Assembly (NCBI RefSeq): GCF_002113885.1
Contig: NW_018407979.1
Location: forward strand, 592,226-655,787
Length of the DNA stretch: 63,562 bases
Direction: 5' to 3'
Origin: Mizuhopecten yessoensis
Lineage: Eukaryota
The number at the start of each line of letters is the position of its first letter. Within the stretch, counting starts at the first letter, position 1. This document shows positions 37,291-50,828 of this stretch, in pieces. The notes under the pieces are model-generated. The model was not told the DNA's origin and did no database searches. It saw only the letters and a program-made list of their open reading frames with translations. Position numbers and translations under genes: made by a program.

Positions 37291-38930
37291 AGGGTAGATA
37301 ATTTGAAGAGTAATTAATCTCCCCTGAAACCTCTCGGTGAAGACTGTGTGACAGAGTATGTGTATAGATATCATTTTAACTCTATTTAACATAATTTATA
37401 CCGTTTGTTGAAGCCTGTTGTTCCTCTCATATTTTTGTGTTCTACAATCAAATGTGAGAGTTGTATCAAATAATTGTGATACAAGTTACTTTTCAAGAGT
37501 GTTTGTCGGATCAAAGATTAATCATGCTCCGGCATTCATTGGGACCATGAAGACACTTGAAGCTAAATGAGGTTTCGAGATTATGCTTGTTTAATATATT
37601 TGGGAACAAGGAATGGCTTGTAATACCAGAATATATCTACTTTTTAAATCATATTCTGTTATGTATGATTGCTAAGGACACAAACAACAGTCATTCACTC
37701 AACTTATGGGTTGTAGGAACTTCTCGAAATTTCTTGTGCATTTAAAATTTACATTTATACATGCATGACAGTCTTGTTACAAATACAAAAAAAAAAGGTA
37801 TACTGCATCTTTTAATTTTGTACTTTTTATTGAATTCTTGTGTTAATTGTTTTCATTTTTTGATGCATGATTAGAGGGTAAAATTGTGTATTAAAGGTTT
37901 TACTATAAGTGCAATTACTACATTGAGAGAAGAGCATGTGTGATAGACTAGGGTTTAATTTTCATTTTCATAACTCGGACAAATAATATATATATGTATA
38001 TATTTAAAATCGACCCCTTGACTTCAGCTGGAGAGCTTGAATATTAGTTAGCAAACCTCCAAATGACAACTGAATATGATGGACACAGAAATGTAAAATA
38101 AACAATAATGATGATGACATGCCAGCTAAGTTGACAGTCCCCAGTTATAGTGAAAGGGTCTATGTGATGCATGATAACCTAGTGATTAATTTCATTTTCA
38201 TAATCATGGAAAAAAACTAGATATTGATTCCTATCCTGCTTATTAAGCCTCCCAACTGCTTTCATAATATATATAAATATCATTTTTGTGATTCTGTTGT
38301 TGGTATTGACTTTCATGATAGTGCTGACAAGTTTTTGTTGTTGTTTATAGGTTTGAAGTTGTTTCTGTTTTGATATCGTTTTTGTACAATCTTGGACAAT
38401 TGTCCTTTCTCTGTGATAGAATCAGTGCACTACTCTCATGACAATATATTTACTTGTATCAACAAGGTATCGAGACAACATTTATATTTATATTTCCTTT
38501 AATTTATACACATCCGTTAACACTCCAGTCGTGAGTTAAATGGACATATGTTGACAAACTGAATTAGTGTTTGTGAATTCTATTAAAATCTGAAACTAAA
38601 TTATTGTTCAGTGTTTTTATTTATCATAAATGTAACTTATACTGAAAAACTTTTGCGTAGTAAAATATTCGACCGTTCACTGGTGAAAATCTTTTCTGCC
38701 GTCTTTATTGCTAAATTTGGAATATTGTGCACTATTATTTGCTGTAGAATGCAAAGGGCGACCAAGGCTGAAGTTAAACTGCGGTTAAAGTTACCCATAT
38801 ACATCTATCCGTCACTTTAGTGCCTGTTCAACAGAATTGTATAAAAAATGAATATAGTATGCACTTACATGACAGCATGACTCCAGCAACGTGACCTACC
38901 CAGGGATTACCCTTACCCTGGGCCGTTTTC

Positions 38931-39150
38931 GTTTATTGCAATCCAAATAGTTGGACCAGCTGGACCAGAGTTATTCGTTAATGAAATAAGGGCGGACTTA
39001 TTAACCTCTCGCTGCTTTCAGGCGAGCATTGACAAAGCCTTGCAAGGCCTGCATGAAGATTCGCAGGTCCGCCAGCATTTGTACCCGAAAATGTTAATTT
39101 AAAAACGGATGTACCCTTTGTTACACATAAATAGCCAATGAACAAGCCCC
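38931..39150 (+). repeat. Interspersed repeat family F copy
   Basis: Alignment to the other F copies. Confidence 0.5.
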
Positions 39151-39729
39151 CCAAGTGCTATTGTGATTCCAGTCATTGATATACCTGGTAATATCTTTAA
39201 AGTGATTGCAAAATGCATTTTAATAAAAAAACAAACAAAAAAGGACAAAAATCACGTTTCAAATTCAATTTTTATTTAGTGAAAAATTATATTTGACATA
39301 ATACCACTGCATTACCTATGTTTTAATATATGACTATAACAATGAAAACAGATAGCTGGATTAATGGTGGACGAACCATGTTTTGTATGGAGATGACCAT
39401 GGTATATGGGGAAGTGGCGAGAACAATGGGCGACGGAGGTGTTAGGATGGGAGTCAGGAGATTGGACAGGATGTGTCTGGGGTGGAACGTGGGAAAGCCA
39501 TTCTGATTCAACAGTATCTTGTGTTAAAAGTTTTAATGTAATATGTTAGAACTGGACTGGGTCATTTGCATGTTGAAATGCTCCAGATGGCACATAAATA
39601 TGCTATAATTGAATAATGCACTTCCAAATTTGGCCGATATAACTATCAAATAAAATTAACAACAAGCCAAACCATAGATAAGCCTTGGTCCCAAGCTGTA
39701 CCTGTTGCTTCTTCTCCAGGTTTATCAGC

Positions 39730-39820
39730 TTAACCCTTTCACCCATATGTAACTTTAGTAGACTCTACCATGCATTGATATGGATGAGTTCATTATGGTT
39801 TACAGTGATGAAAGGGTTAA
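39730..39820. mobile_element. MITE family B copy
   Basis: TTAACCCTTTCACCC...ATGAAAGGGTTAA. Confidence 0.7.
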
Positions 39821-40459
39821 ATTGTTGAACAGGATAAATGAAAGCAGCCCTGGTTAGCTCAATAGGATAAATCTCTGTTGGAAACATTATTTCAAACTAC
39901 TGTGGTGACCAGGAAATGTATATACAGTTGAATCTGTATCAAGCGATCACCCAAGGGAAATTAAAAAAACGGTCGTTTAATAAAAGTGGTCGTTTAATAA
40001 AGTATGACCATATTTTGTACACACATTCGACTATAACCAAATGCCTCCTTATTCAAACAACTGTAAACAGACCACCGCCCCAGGCGCACGTACAGGTAGT
40101 TTAAAACAACATCGTTCAACAGATCAGCTGAATAACTAACAATAGTCGAGGGATAATTATGACAGTAAACAAACAACAAACAGTGTTTGAAAAGAATTTT
40201 CATTTCACTAGGAACAAAAGATCGACTGAGACTTGATGAAGTTTTCAACTTACACGACTGTTTTCGGTAATACCATGATTTAAGCTAACCTAATTGTTAC
40301 GAAATATATTGCTGTTGAAATGAGAGCTGTTCCCGTGTTGGTCCAGCAGACTTGTACTGAGGTGAACTGGTCTTTGGGGGGCTAACATATTTAGAAAGGA
40401 GGGAGTATTGTGGGAAGTTTGTATTGCACTTGCGCTAAGTTGATTTTTCCTTGAGCTCA

Positions 40460-40649
40460 ATTCCGTCTTTGCGTATTGCAGAGTTATCTTCTCTTGGGAA
40501 CAGGTATTGATTGTTACGTCATTGGTTTGTGTGAGAAAATCACGTCGTTTTCTCAAAAATTGATGACGTTACTCTCACAAACAAGTGACGTAACAATCAA
40601 TCCCTGCTCCCAAGAGAAGATAACTCTGCAATATGCAAAGACGGAATAG
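40460..40649. mobile_element. Fold-back/MITE family E copy (about 190 bp, nearly perfect palindrome). Arms begin ATTCCGTCTTTGC(G/T)TATTGCAGAGTTATCTTCTCTTG. Core carries TTACGTCA bZIP-like motifs.
   Basis: Second copy at 62255-62447 with about 90% identity. Confidence 0.6.
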
Positions 40650-41392
40650 TCAGAGCGACGGGCTGGGTATCTCGATCGAAAGAGGAAGCAGTAGTTTACA
40701 CTACAATATTCCAGTAACACAAAGGTATCTGTGGCCCTCCTTGTGACAGAAAACTCTTTAATAAGGGTTAAATTCTTAAAACATGGGACAGTACTGTGGC
40801 TTTGTGCTTGAGGGAATTTCTCTTAGTAGCAGCTCAACTGTGGATGTTGCAGAATGTTACATTGCAGAAGAATCAACCTGTTGATGGAGGCAATTACTGG
40901 AGGACGAAGATGTGGAGACTGGATAGCTGGGAGGTGCGGGTTCAATCTTAACTGGAAATGGTATATTTTATGCTTTCCTTATCCTGATGGATTAAAGGTG
41001 AAAGTGAGTCAGGCCAGTCAGATACAACACTACAAAATGTCTATCCGACAGGTTTAAAATTACACATACTCTGTATAAAACCTTCGGGCCAGGTGAGCTA
41101 AAAATCTTGTCCATCAGCAATTTAAATCTTCTACTGCTTTTGTTTTACCATTTGCACCTCTCTCTTGGAAATTGGTTGTAGAGTTGGTAAAATATGCCAA
41201 AAAATTCCACTTCATAGTTTGAAGTAGTTTTAATAGGAAAGATTTGAAAGGTGAAGTCAGTGCCTGTTTTCAGGCCTGTGAAACTTGATGTGGAAAGGAA
41301 TGGAAGTGAGGATTGTAGTGATGGGTCAATCACACTATATATTCTCACACTGGGTAAAAACACGGGACGGGAGTGAGGAAAAGATCACACCA

Positions 41393-41411
41393 TATATATA
41401 TATATATATAC
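41393..41411. repeat. (AT)n microsatellite
   Basis: Simple repeat. Confidence 0.9.
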
Positions 41412-41933
41412 AAGTAAATCTCACACATTGTGAACACCGAGACGGCCCTTACATGGAGGGTATACATGTCAAGACTTAAAACACATTGTGCGTCTATACA
41501 ATTTCTATTATTTTCTATACATGATTGGCACAATCACAGAAAAAAAAAATATTTTAAAAATAATTGCACATTCTAATTATGATACAAATTGTTCTGTTCA
41601 GCCTCTACTTCACATCATTTTTTTTCTTTTTTTTTTTGATTTCGGGGTGGGTGTTTATTGAAATATCCAACAGATTTACATAAATTCTTACAGGTACCTC
41701 AATTTACTATACTAGCCAGGTTTTCCCAAGGCAATGTATTACAAATTTGAAAAGAAATCCCCTGTGACTAGTAATTCTGTGTGAAGGATATTTACATTTT
41801 GGAATTGTACAGGGATATTGTCACTGGTACATCTTATGTTCTTGTAAATACAGGAATGTTATCAAATTCTAGAGTTGTTCCTGGAATGACTTCAGAATTT
41901 GAGTAAAATGTGGTAAGAATTGAGACATTTGGT

Positions 41934-42024
41934 TTAACCCTTTCAACACTGTAGACTATAATAGACTCATCCAGATCAATTTATGGTACAGGTTATTAAA
42001 AGTTACATAGGGGTGAAAGGGTGA
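41934..42024. mobile_element. MITE family B copy
   Basis: TIRs. Confidence 0.65.
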
Positions 42025-42915
42025 AGATCCCAAAAGCAGAGCAATCAGATAGGAAGTTGGGTAACTTTTAAGGATGCCAGAACAAATATATACCGTACAG
42101 TAACACAATCAAAATTGACAATGATTATTACATCTAGATACAAAAACATCTTAATAAAAAGTTTGTTGACAATTATAAAAAAAAATAAAAAATCAATAAT
42201 GGTATATATTAAATAACATTATTTATCACAATCTAACTATTAATACTTATTATGATACCCCACTGGACGTCCCACAGAGTGGCACCATATTCAGACAATT
42301 TTACTCCGGAAATCATTTTGGGATACCTGAAATAATAATAGTTTCACTTCCTCAAATTCATATGAGCAACGATCTGTTTGTAAATGTGCCTCCACTAATA
42401 TATTTCTTCATGATGGAAGATTTATTGGAAACTTGTGATGTAAATATTTTCTCTCATAAGTGTAAGAAGATCTTTTATTGGTAGAAGATATAGCATTTCC
42501 AATGTAAATTCAAATTGATTTCTAAAACAGTTAAGTTTCAAATTGCTGTGTAAAATACCAGAAGAAACACAAATGATATATGATAATTCTTAATAATTTC
42601 AAATTATTAAAAAAATGTGTCATTGCTTTTAACCTCAGTTGGGAATTCTGCAATTCTTTTTTTTTTTTGCGTAACAAAATGTGATATAATATAATTATTA
42701 TCATAATCGGTAATCTCAAAAATAATATCTTTTATTACTTATCTTTGTTTATACATGACAGGCTTCATTTGATTTTAACTTAAGTCAGCAGAATTTTATT
42801 TTGAATTTAAAATGTGAAAAAATCACCTGTTTTATGGAATAACTGTTTATATAGTTTCTGCAACAGTAACACTTCTAAAAATAGTCTTCCTTAAATACAA
42901 AATATAAATTTTATG

Positions 42916-43000
42916 TTAACCCTTTCACCCCTATGTAACTTTAGTACCATGCACTGATCTGGATGAGTCCATTACAGTTTACAGTGGTGAAAAGGTTAAC
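42916..43000. mobile_element. MITE family B copy
   Basis: TIRs with TTAA flanks. Confidence 0.7.
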
Positions 43001-44110
43001 CTTCCAACAATCCACTCTGAACAAATTATCTGTACTGTTTCTAATTACTGCAAAACAGGAAGAGGAAAAATTGTCCTTTTATTTTCTATTTTCTATTTTT
43101 GATTTTTTCTACCCTTTTCATAGTTACATCAAAAATTGTAAAACAGAATTTTGACGGATTTTTTTTTACTACATTTCGTTCATAGTAAAAGAGTCTTTCT
43201 GAATTTTCTAAGCTGTACTCCATAAACTCACACCTACTTTTCATATTTTTGAAAAATGTGCTTCTCCTCAATAACAAAATTAGGAGAAAAACATTTTTTT
43301 CATGATATTCCTTATAAATGAACAAAATAGCAAAAATGCAGATACCAGGGGTAATTTCTTGTTTATTTCCTTGTCAGCTTGGCTAAGGTCACAGAATATG
43401 AAAACTTTTTTTATTTTTATTTTTTAAAAACATGATGCTATATTTCATTTATGAATTAAAACATCATTCAATAGCAATTATAATTGGTCCTCTCATGATT
43501 GTAACGTTACAATTTTCCATATTTGTGGCCCAAAGAACTCGTTCATTGTCAAAATAATCTCATATAATAATTATATGCAAGACATAACAAAATAATTGAT
43601 GGAAATAAAACCAAAACATAAACAATTTCAAGGTCTATCAAAAGTAATCAGTAATCTTGCAAGAAAACATGTGAAATATTTTTGCAGTATAAAATGAACA
43701 AAAAAATGAAAAAAAATAAAAAGGTTTATCAGTTCAAATAAACTTATATTCTTACTAGAATATACATGTATCAAAATACTAGTTTAGGATAAAATCATGA
43801 TCAACACACCACAATTATAGGATCTGCTAGCTCCAATATTACATTATAATAATTTGAACCCAATTATTTGTTATCTAAAAGAAAAAAGAAATACATTTTA
43901 AAAATCTGTATCAGAATATCAAATCAGGATTTTATCATTTTAATTGAAGATGTTTGATATTCATGCTTCGTGCCCAGGTAAAACTGTAACATGTTCACCA
44001 ACTGAAATATCCAACAGTGAGGTAATTTACTGTCATGGGGAAGACATTCATTAATTCAAACATCTCATGCATTATATTTAGATATATTATTGAACTAGCA
44101 ACATACAGCA

Positions 44111-44410
44111 GCAGGGGGTGGGCTCGTGTCCGAAGGTTCGAGTCATTGCACTCCGCTTGTTCCAGTCTACTTAGCTGTAAATGAGTACGTGTTTGGGCAG
44201 TGCCAGAATTGTTGAATGCTAGCTGTGAGCCCCGAAATGGCAGCACCGGCTGTATGCTCCCCAGGGAGTTGAAAAAGATATTGGCTGGTTGCAAAGGCCC
44301 TATAACCACGGATAATAATTTGTGAACCGCTTTGAGACGACCTACAAATTAACTGGGTTGTGATAAAGCGGTATATGAGAACCTCGAATTACTTATTATT
44401 ATTAGTAGTA
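44111..44410 (+). mobile_element. SINE copy, 5'-truncated (B box retained)
   Basis: Alignment with 7570-7880. Confidence 0.6.
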
Positions 44411-46691
44411 GAGTGCCTTGTTTCCAAAAATATCAGGGGACTAGAACTCGTATTTATGCTGTCGTTGTGTTGATGTAAATTTTAATATAAACATGTACAA
44501 TTGCTCAGTAACTGCATGTAGTTGTGGTCAGGTCATTCTCTCATAGCCATTGAAATTTAAATACATTTGGATCAAGGTCACTATATTATGTCACCAATTA
44601 AATAATCACTGCCAAAATTATACAAGCAAGCACTGTTATGCTACCTTATATTTGTACTGCTTTGTGCCTTTAATGACTGTTTCTGAATTCCTAATATAAC
44701 TTGATTGAAAATACGAATTTTCATAATAGCTTGATTGAAAATACTGTTTTTTGTGTCTCATGATTATTACCCCGTACACCGCAGTGTACACGCACATACT
44801 GTGTAAATGTCTGGCCTTCCCAGAGTTTTTATGTTCTAGAAATGCGATACAGATTTAAAACAGGACTATTAACTCCGGGGACACACCTGAGGTGTTAGGA
44901 TATGTAGCATTCTACTGTATATCTGTTCCTGTCGTTAATTAAAAAATTCTCATTAATATCTTTAATGCAATGAAGTATTTACAGAACAGTCAACTGTGAA
45001 TTTAAAAAAACATAAAGATAAAAAAACAATACTGTGACATTTTTACACTATTTCAAAATTCAAATTTTAAAAATTTTAAAATATCTGGTCACCCATTTTT
45101 TTTTTTAAATTCCCCACAGTTCCCACAATGATTCATAGTAAAAATATGAACTTATTGTTTTTAAAGTAACAACTCATGTTTTCATTTGTTTTAAATTATT
45201 TTTTTAATACTAAAATCAAGGAAGATAGAATTCCATACAAATATAAGATAAACAATTATCCACTCGACCAATTATTTATCGTTAGTCATAATAAAAAAGT
45301 CAATACAAAATTTAGCAGACATTAACAAAGCACAGTTTTGTTTTACAATAATAACTATATACACCATACACTAAAGTGTTGCTTGTAAGCTGTAAAGATT
45401 ATGGTAAGTTATTGTTGATCATTACAGCTATTGTTTTCCATACAGAACACAATACAATATGTACACACAAAGTACTTGGTACCTTTAAAAACACACCAAA
45501 AATAAATAAATATCATATGTTATTGGAACTTCCGACAATTCAATATTGTTAAAAAATTATCAAAATTTTAAACATAAATATGCTCCAAATATTTCTACGT
45601 TCATCAAATTCGATATAAAACAGAAAAAAAAATGAAATAAACATAAAATCTACTGAAAAAAATTGATGGCACACAATCTGATCAATAACAAAGATAATTA
45701 TTACAGAAATTATTCACATAATAAAACATGAAAGGTTGTACGTGACATTACATTGTGCAATCGTCAAGGTAGTCAAAAAAATCAATTAAAGACTGATTTA
45801 TATATTTCTTACAACTCATAACACAGTATTTGTTCTTTAAAAAAAAAAGAGAAAAAAAACCCCTGTCTCAGATTGAACTAAATAAAACTTTGCATGAATC
45901 ATTAGTATTACTGCAGACAGAAATCCTCTTTGATTTCCAAAATGCATCACCTTAGCTAGAGATGGTTTTACAGTTTGTTAATTGATGGATTAAAGCATCA
46001 GGCCACCCTACAATGACTTACTTGGCATTTTCAAGACCATGTTTATGAGATTGTGAAATTCAGGGACACATGCATGCTTGAAATATACACAAGAATCCAT
46101 ACAATGAAAACACCCTAATGATACTGAATCCTTGGATATCTAATATTCATATCTAAAGAATGCAACATTAACTCTATGGATAATTTCCGTTTATATTTTT
46201 AACACATTGATAATCCTCCGTCATTGGATAATTTACATCTTTAACACTCTGGTAATTCAGAGTTAAAGGATACATTTTGTTCATATTTTAACTCTTGGAT
46301 AATTCTGAGACATTGGATAACGTCCATTTATAGTTATAACATAAAACAACTCAAGCACAAATATTAAGTATAAGTTTTTTTTATCTATCCTTCAAAGACA
46401 CCCAATATCGTTCATACCTTATTATTAACATCTGTACATAATTAACACATACCTATCTACATGAACAGCAGGTAAAGAAGAATGACGATAATATTTACGC
46501 ATGCATTGAGTCCAAGTGTTCAAACCATAATTATCTATAATTGAACAAACTTAAAAAATTTAATATACTACTGCATTGATTGTAGTAAGAAAAGAAAATA
46601 TTTATAGTTCAATAGAAGGTGGGTTCTTGCTTAATTCTGGTGTATTGTTTGTGGTTTGCTTAGGACTTAAAAATGGTTCAATAATATATAA

Positions 46692-46779
46692 ACTTATTCA
46701 CCCCTGAAATTTTATAATGAACTATTCCAACCTCTGAGTTGGAAGAGTTCAAATGTGTCTTCAGGGGTGAATGAGTTAA
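46692..46779. mobile_element. MITE family A copy (5' end truncated)
   Basis: TIRs. Confidence 0.6.
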
Positions 46780-46944
46780 GGGTAAAATATATGTAGCAAC
46801 ATCTCTGTACCTTGATATACTGTAAAATCCCATCTTGATAGTTTGTAACCTGTACCATGGCCATCATATTTCTATGCATGGATACAGGAGAAGTCTATTT
46901 TATCATAGGTGAAATAGAATTTACTGGGAGTGGATGTGCGCAGT

Positions 46945-47340
46945 GATTAAACAGGTGACATGAGAAGCCACATCATGACATGTGAAGCCACATCATGACA
47001 TGAGAAGCCACATCAGAAGCTACATCATGACATCTGAAGCCACATCAGAAGCCACATCAGGACATGTGAAGCCACATCATGACATGGGGAGCCACATCAA
47101 AAGCCACATCATGACATGTGAAGCCGCATCAGAAGCCATATCATGACATGTGAAGCCACATAAGAAGCTACATCATGACATGGGAAGCCACATCATGACA
47201 TGGGAAGCCACATCATGACATGGGAAGCCACATCAAAAGCCATATCATGACATGTGAAGCCACATAAGAAGCTACATCATGACATGGGAAGCCACATCAG
47301 AAGCTACATCATGACATGTGAAGCCACATCATGACATGTG
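46945..47340. repeat. Minisatellite, about 20 copies of an 11/22-bp unit GAAGCCACATCATGACATG(T/G)
   Basis: Visible tandem periodicity. Confidence 0.8.
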
Positions 47341-47738
47341 AATTTACTTCTAACATAAACTTTCACAATTATTTTGTAATAAATAAAGCAATTATTATGA
47401 GTACCAAGTCTAAAAGTCTAACCTAAACTTAAATTGACTTTTTTTTCCCAACGATCCCCAACATCCAAGTGGAACCATAGTCCTCTCTGCCTGTAGGTCT
47501 TGGACAACGATTCCCCAAGGTTTTTTCACAGCATGTGGAAACATGATTTTGATAATTTCCCAATAGTTTCTAAATGAATATTCATGGATGAAGTGATATT
47601 CAATCCCAATTTAATTATTTTTTTGAGATTGATTCCCTTATACCTGATGTCCATTTCTTAAAAAAGAAAAAAAACCACCAAAAAACAAACCTCAGTTGTC
47701 CACGAAAGTCTATACCCTTGGAAAGAAATGTATACAGG

Positions 47739-47829
47739 TTAACCCTTTCACCTCTATGTAGCTTTAGTAGACTCTACCGTGCATTGATCTGGATGAATCC
47801 ATTATGGTCTACAGTGATGAAAGGGTTAA
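47739..47829. mobile_element. MITE family B copy
   Basis: TIRs with TTAA flanks. Confidence 0.7.
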
Positions 47830-48394
47830 TTAATGAAGTCTGACGAATTGAATGATTTACTTGAGACCAGAATCCTTGCAAATATACACGTACAGGCGCA
47901 CACAAAACAAATTCACTACAAACTTCAGTAGTTCACGTCACTAATTTATCAAAAATGAGCCAGTGTGTTTAATATCATCATATGGGGGAAATTTACAAAT
48001 GGAATCATGACTTTTGAAGTTTCATCACCTTCAACTGTTATTTGTGTGCTACAAAAATAAACATTTTAAATTTCGTCTTCACCATAATTTGACAAAGCTT
48101 ACCTGGTAAACTTGTATATACACAGACATTAAATCATCACAATAGATTCTTCACCTAAAGTAACATTTATCATTAACAGAAAAAAATTCATTAAATTATT
48201 AATTTTGATTGGATGATAATATAATGAATAGTTTTATCAATATCTATTATATATTAAAAAGTAAAAAAAAATCAAAACATTCTTTTATGACAGAGACTTA
48301 GTTTTGATATACATTTATGTATGTATGATTCAGGAGTAAATCCATTCATAGTAGACAAGTAACACATTTGCATCCAAAGTTCATGATAAAAGAA

Positions 48395-48830
48395 ACAAGC
48401 CATTCGGATTGATATGTCTCGCCTATGACCTGCTTTGACCTTCAATGCACATATCAGAGAAACTAACTTAAACGCAAAAACTTCATGTTGACGGAGATGC
48501 TGACAAAGTCAATGGACCATGAAAGGTAGGCCGCATCCAGCATTTAATGCATGGGTTGAGATGTACTACCTAAGATGCATCTATGGTCCAAGTTTGGTGT
48601 AACACTTCTACTTTCAGTGAAACTAACTTAAACGCAAAACAAATCATGTTGATGGAGATGCTGACCAAGTCAATGGACCCTGAAAGGTAGGCCGCATCCA
48701 GCATTTAATGCATGGGTTGAGATGTACTACCTAAGATGCGTCTATGGTCCAAGTTTGGTTGGTGTAGCACTTATACTTTCAGAGAAACTAACTTACACAC
48801 AAAATCGTAATGTTGACGCCGCCATCACCA
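48395..48830. repeat. About 2.5 tandem copies of a roughly 165-bp unit (GAGAAACTAACTTAAACGCAAAA...GTCAATGGACC(A/C)TGAAAGGTAGGCCGCATCCAGCATTTAATGCATGGGTTGAGATGTACTACCTAAGATGC...). Its first 80 bp recur at 53370-53450.
   Basis: Direct alignment of 48455-48617 with 48620-48790. Confidence 0.65.
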
Positions 48831-49024
48831 GAAAAGCAACACCTAGGGTATGTCTTGCTTCCACTTCGTGGCGGCGAGACAAAAAATATTGGAAGAGAAG
48901 GAAAATGCATGATTTTTATCTTAGTCCATGAATGCATATAATCTTGATATAATTTCAATGTTCCATTTCGCCACCTAGAGCTAGCTTACCAAATTGTTTT
49001 CTACAATCCCCTTTTCCATTCTTA

Positions 49025-49115
49025 TTAATCCTTTCACCACCATAGACCATAATGGACTCACCCAGATAAATGTAAGGTAGAGTCTACTAAAGTTACCTAG
49101 GGGTGAAAGGGTTAA
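49025..49115. mobile_element. MITE family B copy
   Basis: TIRs with TTAA flanks. Confidence 0.65.
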
Positions 49116-49568
49116 TAGTTTCTTTATTTGTCTTCTTTGACTTACAAATGTATTGCAAAACTGTTTCATATTGCAAAAAATGTGCAGGATAAAATCATGG
49201 TGGGCAAATCATAGAGTGCTACTATGCATATTTATATCTATAACAAGTAAATGATAGATTACGAGACAGATTCCGGTGGTATAGCTATCACAATGTTCTA
49301 CTAACATTTCTACCTCCATACTTGAAGAGTGATTTGTTTAGATCTTGTACATATTGAAACAGGAAGACTGTCGTGGTGTTAAACCAAGATGACCTTACTT
49401 CAACATAACAGCATCGTATTATAAACTAGAAATCATTGTTAAAATCGCTCCATTGTCTTTTTGTAAAAACTGACAAAAATGTCCCTAAACAACATACACC
49501 ATGAGGACAGGTCGCTAGGTAAGGGGTACTGTATACCAGTAATTTGACATTCTTCCTTTTTCAAAGTT

Positions 49569-49664
49569 ACTAACTCATTCACCCCTGAAGTTTCAAAATG
49601 AACTACATATTCCAACCTTTGAATGGGAGAGTTCAAATGTGTCTTCAGGGGTAAATGAGTTAAC
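49569..49664. mobile_element. MITE family A copy
   Basis: TIRs with TTAA flanks. Confidence 0.7.
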
Positions 49665-50298
49665 TTAATTTCAAAAGAGGTGCATGTAAACCCCTCAAAT
49701 AAATGTCTTCTTATGTCTAAACCTATATGTTTTGTACAATATGTAGTTATACATAACAAAATGTTTCAATTCAATTTCTTCAAAAAGAGCAAAATCTTTC
49801 CTGAGTATCTGCCACTTTCCTTGATTCAGTGATAAATTATAGCCTATTAAAGTATCTTATTACATTTTCTTTTTTTTTACAGTGCCTTGACATTAATTTT
49901 TATTGGAATTCTTTTGTTTTTACTGGTTATTTTTAATCATATAGGGAGAAAAAATATCCATAAAGGTACTAAAATCCAATCCGATTTGAAATGGGTCCAA
50001 ATAAGAAAGGAATGCTCTTGAATACATACAGTGATGGTAATTAAGTATATTTACAAAATTTCTCCACAAATACCCACAAATCTTCATTACAGTATCTTAA
50101 GTTTATATTGAACTTAAAAATAAAATTGTTCCTTTAACATTTATTGTCTCTGATTCCCGACAAATATATTGTTACTCCAGATAGCCAGTTTATAGTATGT
50201 ATTGAAAATTAAGATACAAATTACTGATTTCAGATGTAAATGATTATCGTAGCAAATGCGTCAACAAAACATTTATACAAAATTATATAACCAGGCCC

Positions 50299-50460
50299 CG
50301 AGGCCGCAGTGGCTGAGTGGTTAAGGCGTCTTGATCATCCATGATCACCAGCCAATCACCACTGGGCTGCAGCTTTGAGGCCTAAGTGGGGCAGTTGTCA
50401 GGTACTTGACGCAGGTCAGTGATTTTTTCCCTAGTCGGGAGGGGGAAAAGCGAAAAATGA
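50299..50460 (+). mobile_element. tRNA-related (tRNA-Ser-like 5' half GCAGTGGCTGAGTGGTTAAGGCG) SINE-like fragment. No intact B box or acceptor stem, so it is not a functional tRNA.
   Basis: A-box/D-arm similarity only. Confidence 0.3.
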
Positions 50461-50828
50461 AACATGTGAATTATTTCTGTTTTTACAGTGTAGCAGATAT
50501 CTACCCTAGGCTATAGTTTCTTACCAATATCGATGTCCAAAAATTTTAACAAATATCACTACCCTTCAACTTTCTGACATATATATCACTGCCTTTACAA
50601 ACAGCTTTCAAACAAACACTGATCAATAATTTTCTAACCAATTTACTGCCCCTATACAATTTTCAAACCAATTTCGCCGCAAACTTTTTCACCAATACAG
50701 TGTATTTGGTGCCCCTATATCCTTCTAACCAATATTGCTGCTCGACAGCTTTGTAGGCCCCTGTCAGATACAAATACATAAATAATCACACCATACACAA
50801 ACCATGGTCCTTATATCCACAACTGTCC

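Noticed and set aside
50299-50330. Possible tRNA-Ser gene
   Set aside because: Only the A-box/D-arm half is present. There is no T-arm B box and no acceptor-stem complement, so it is a SINE or tRNA-pseudogene fragment at best.
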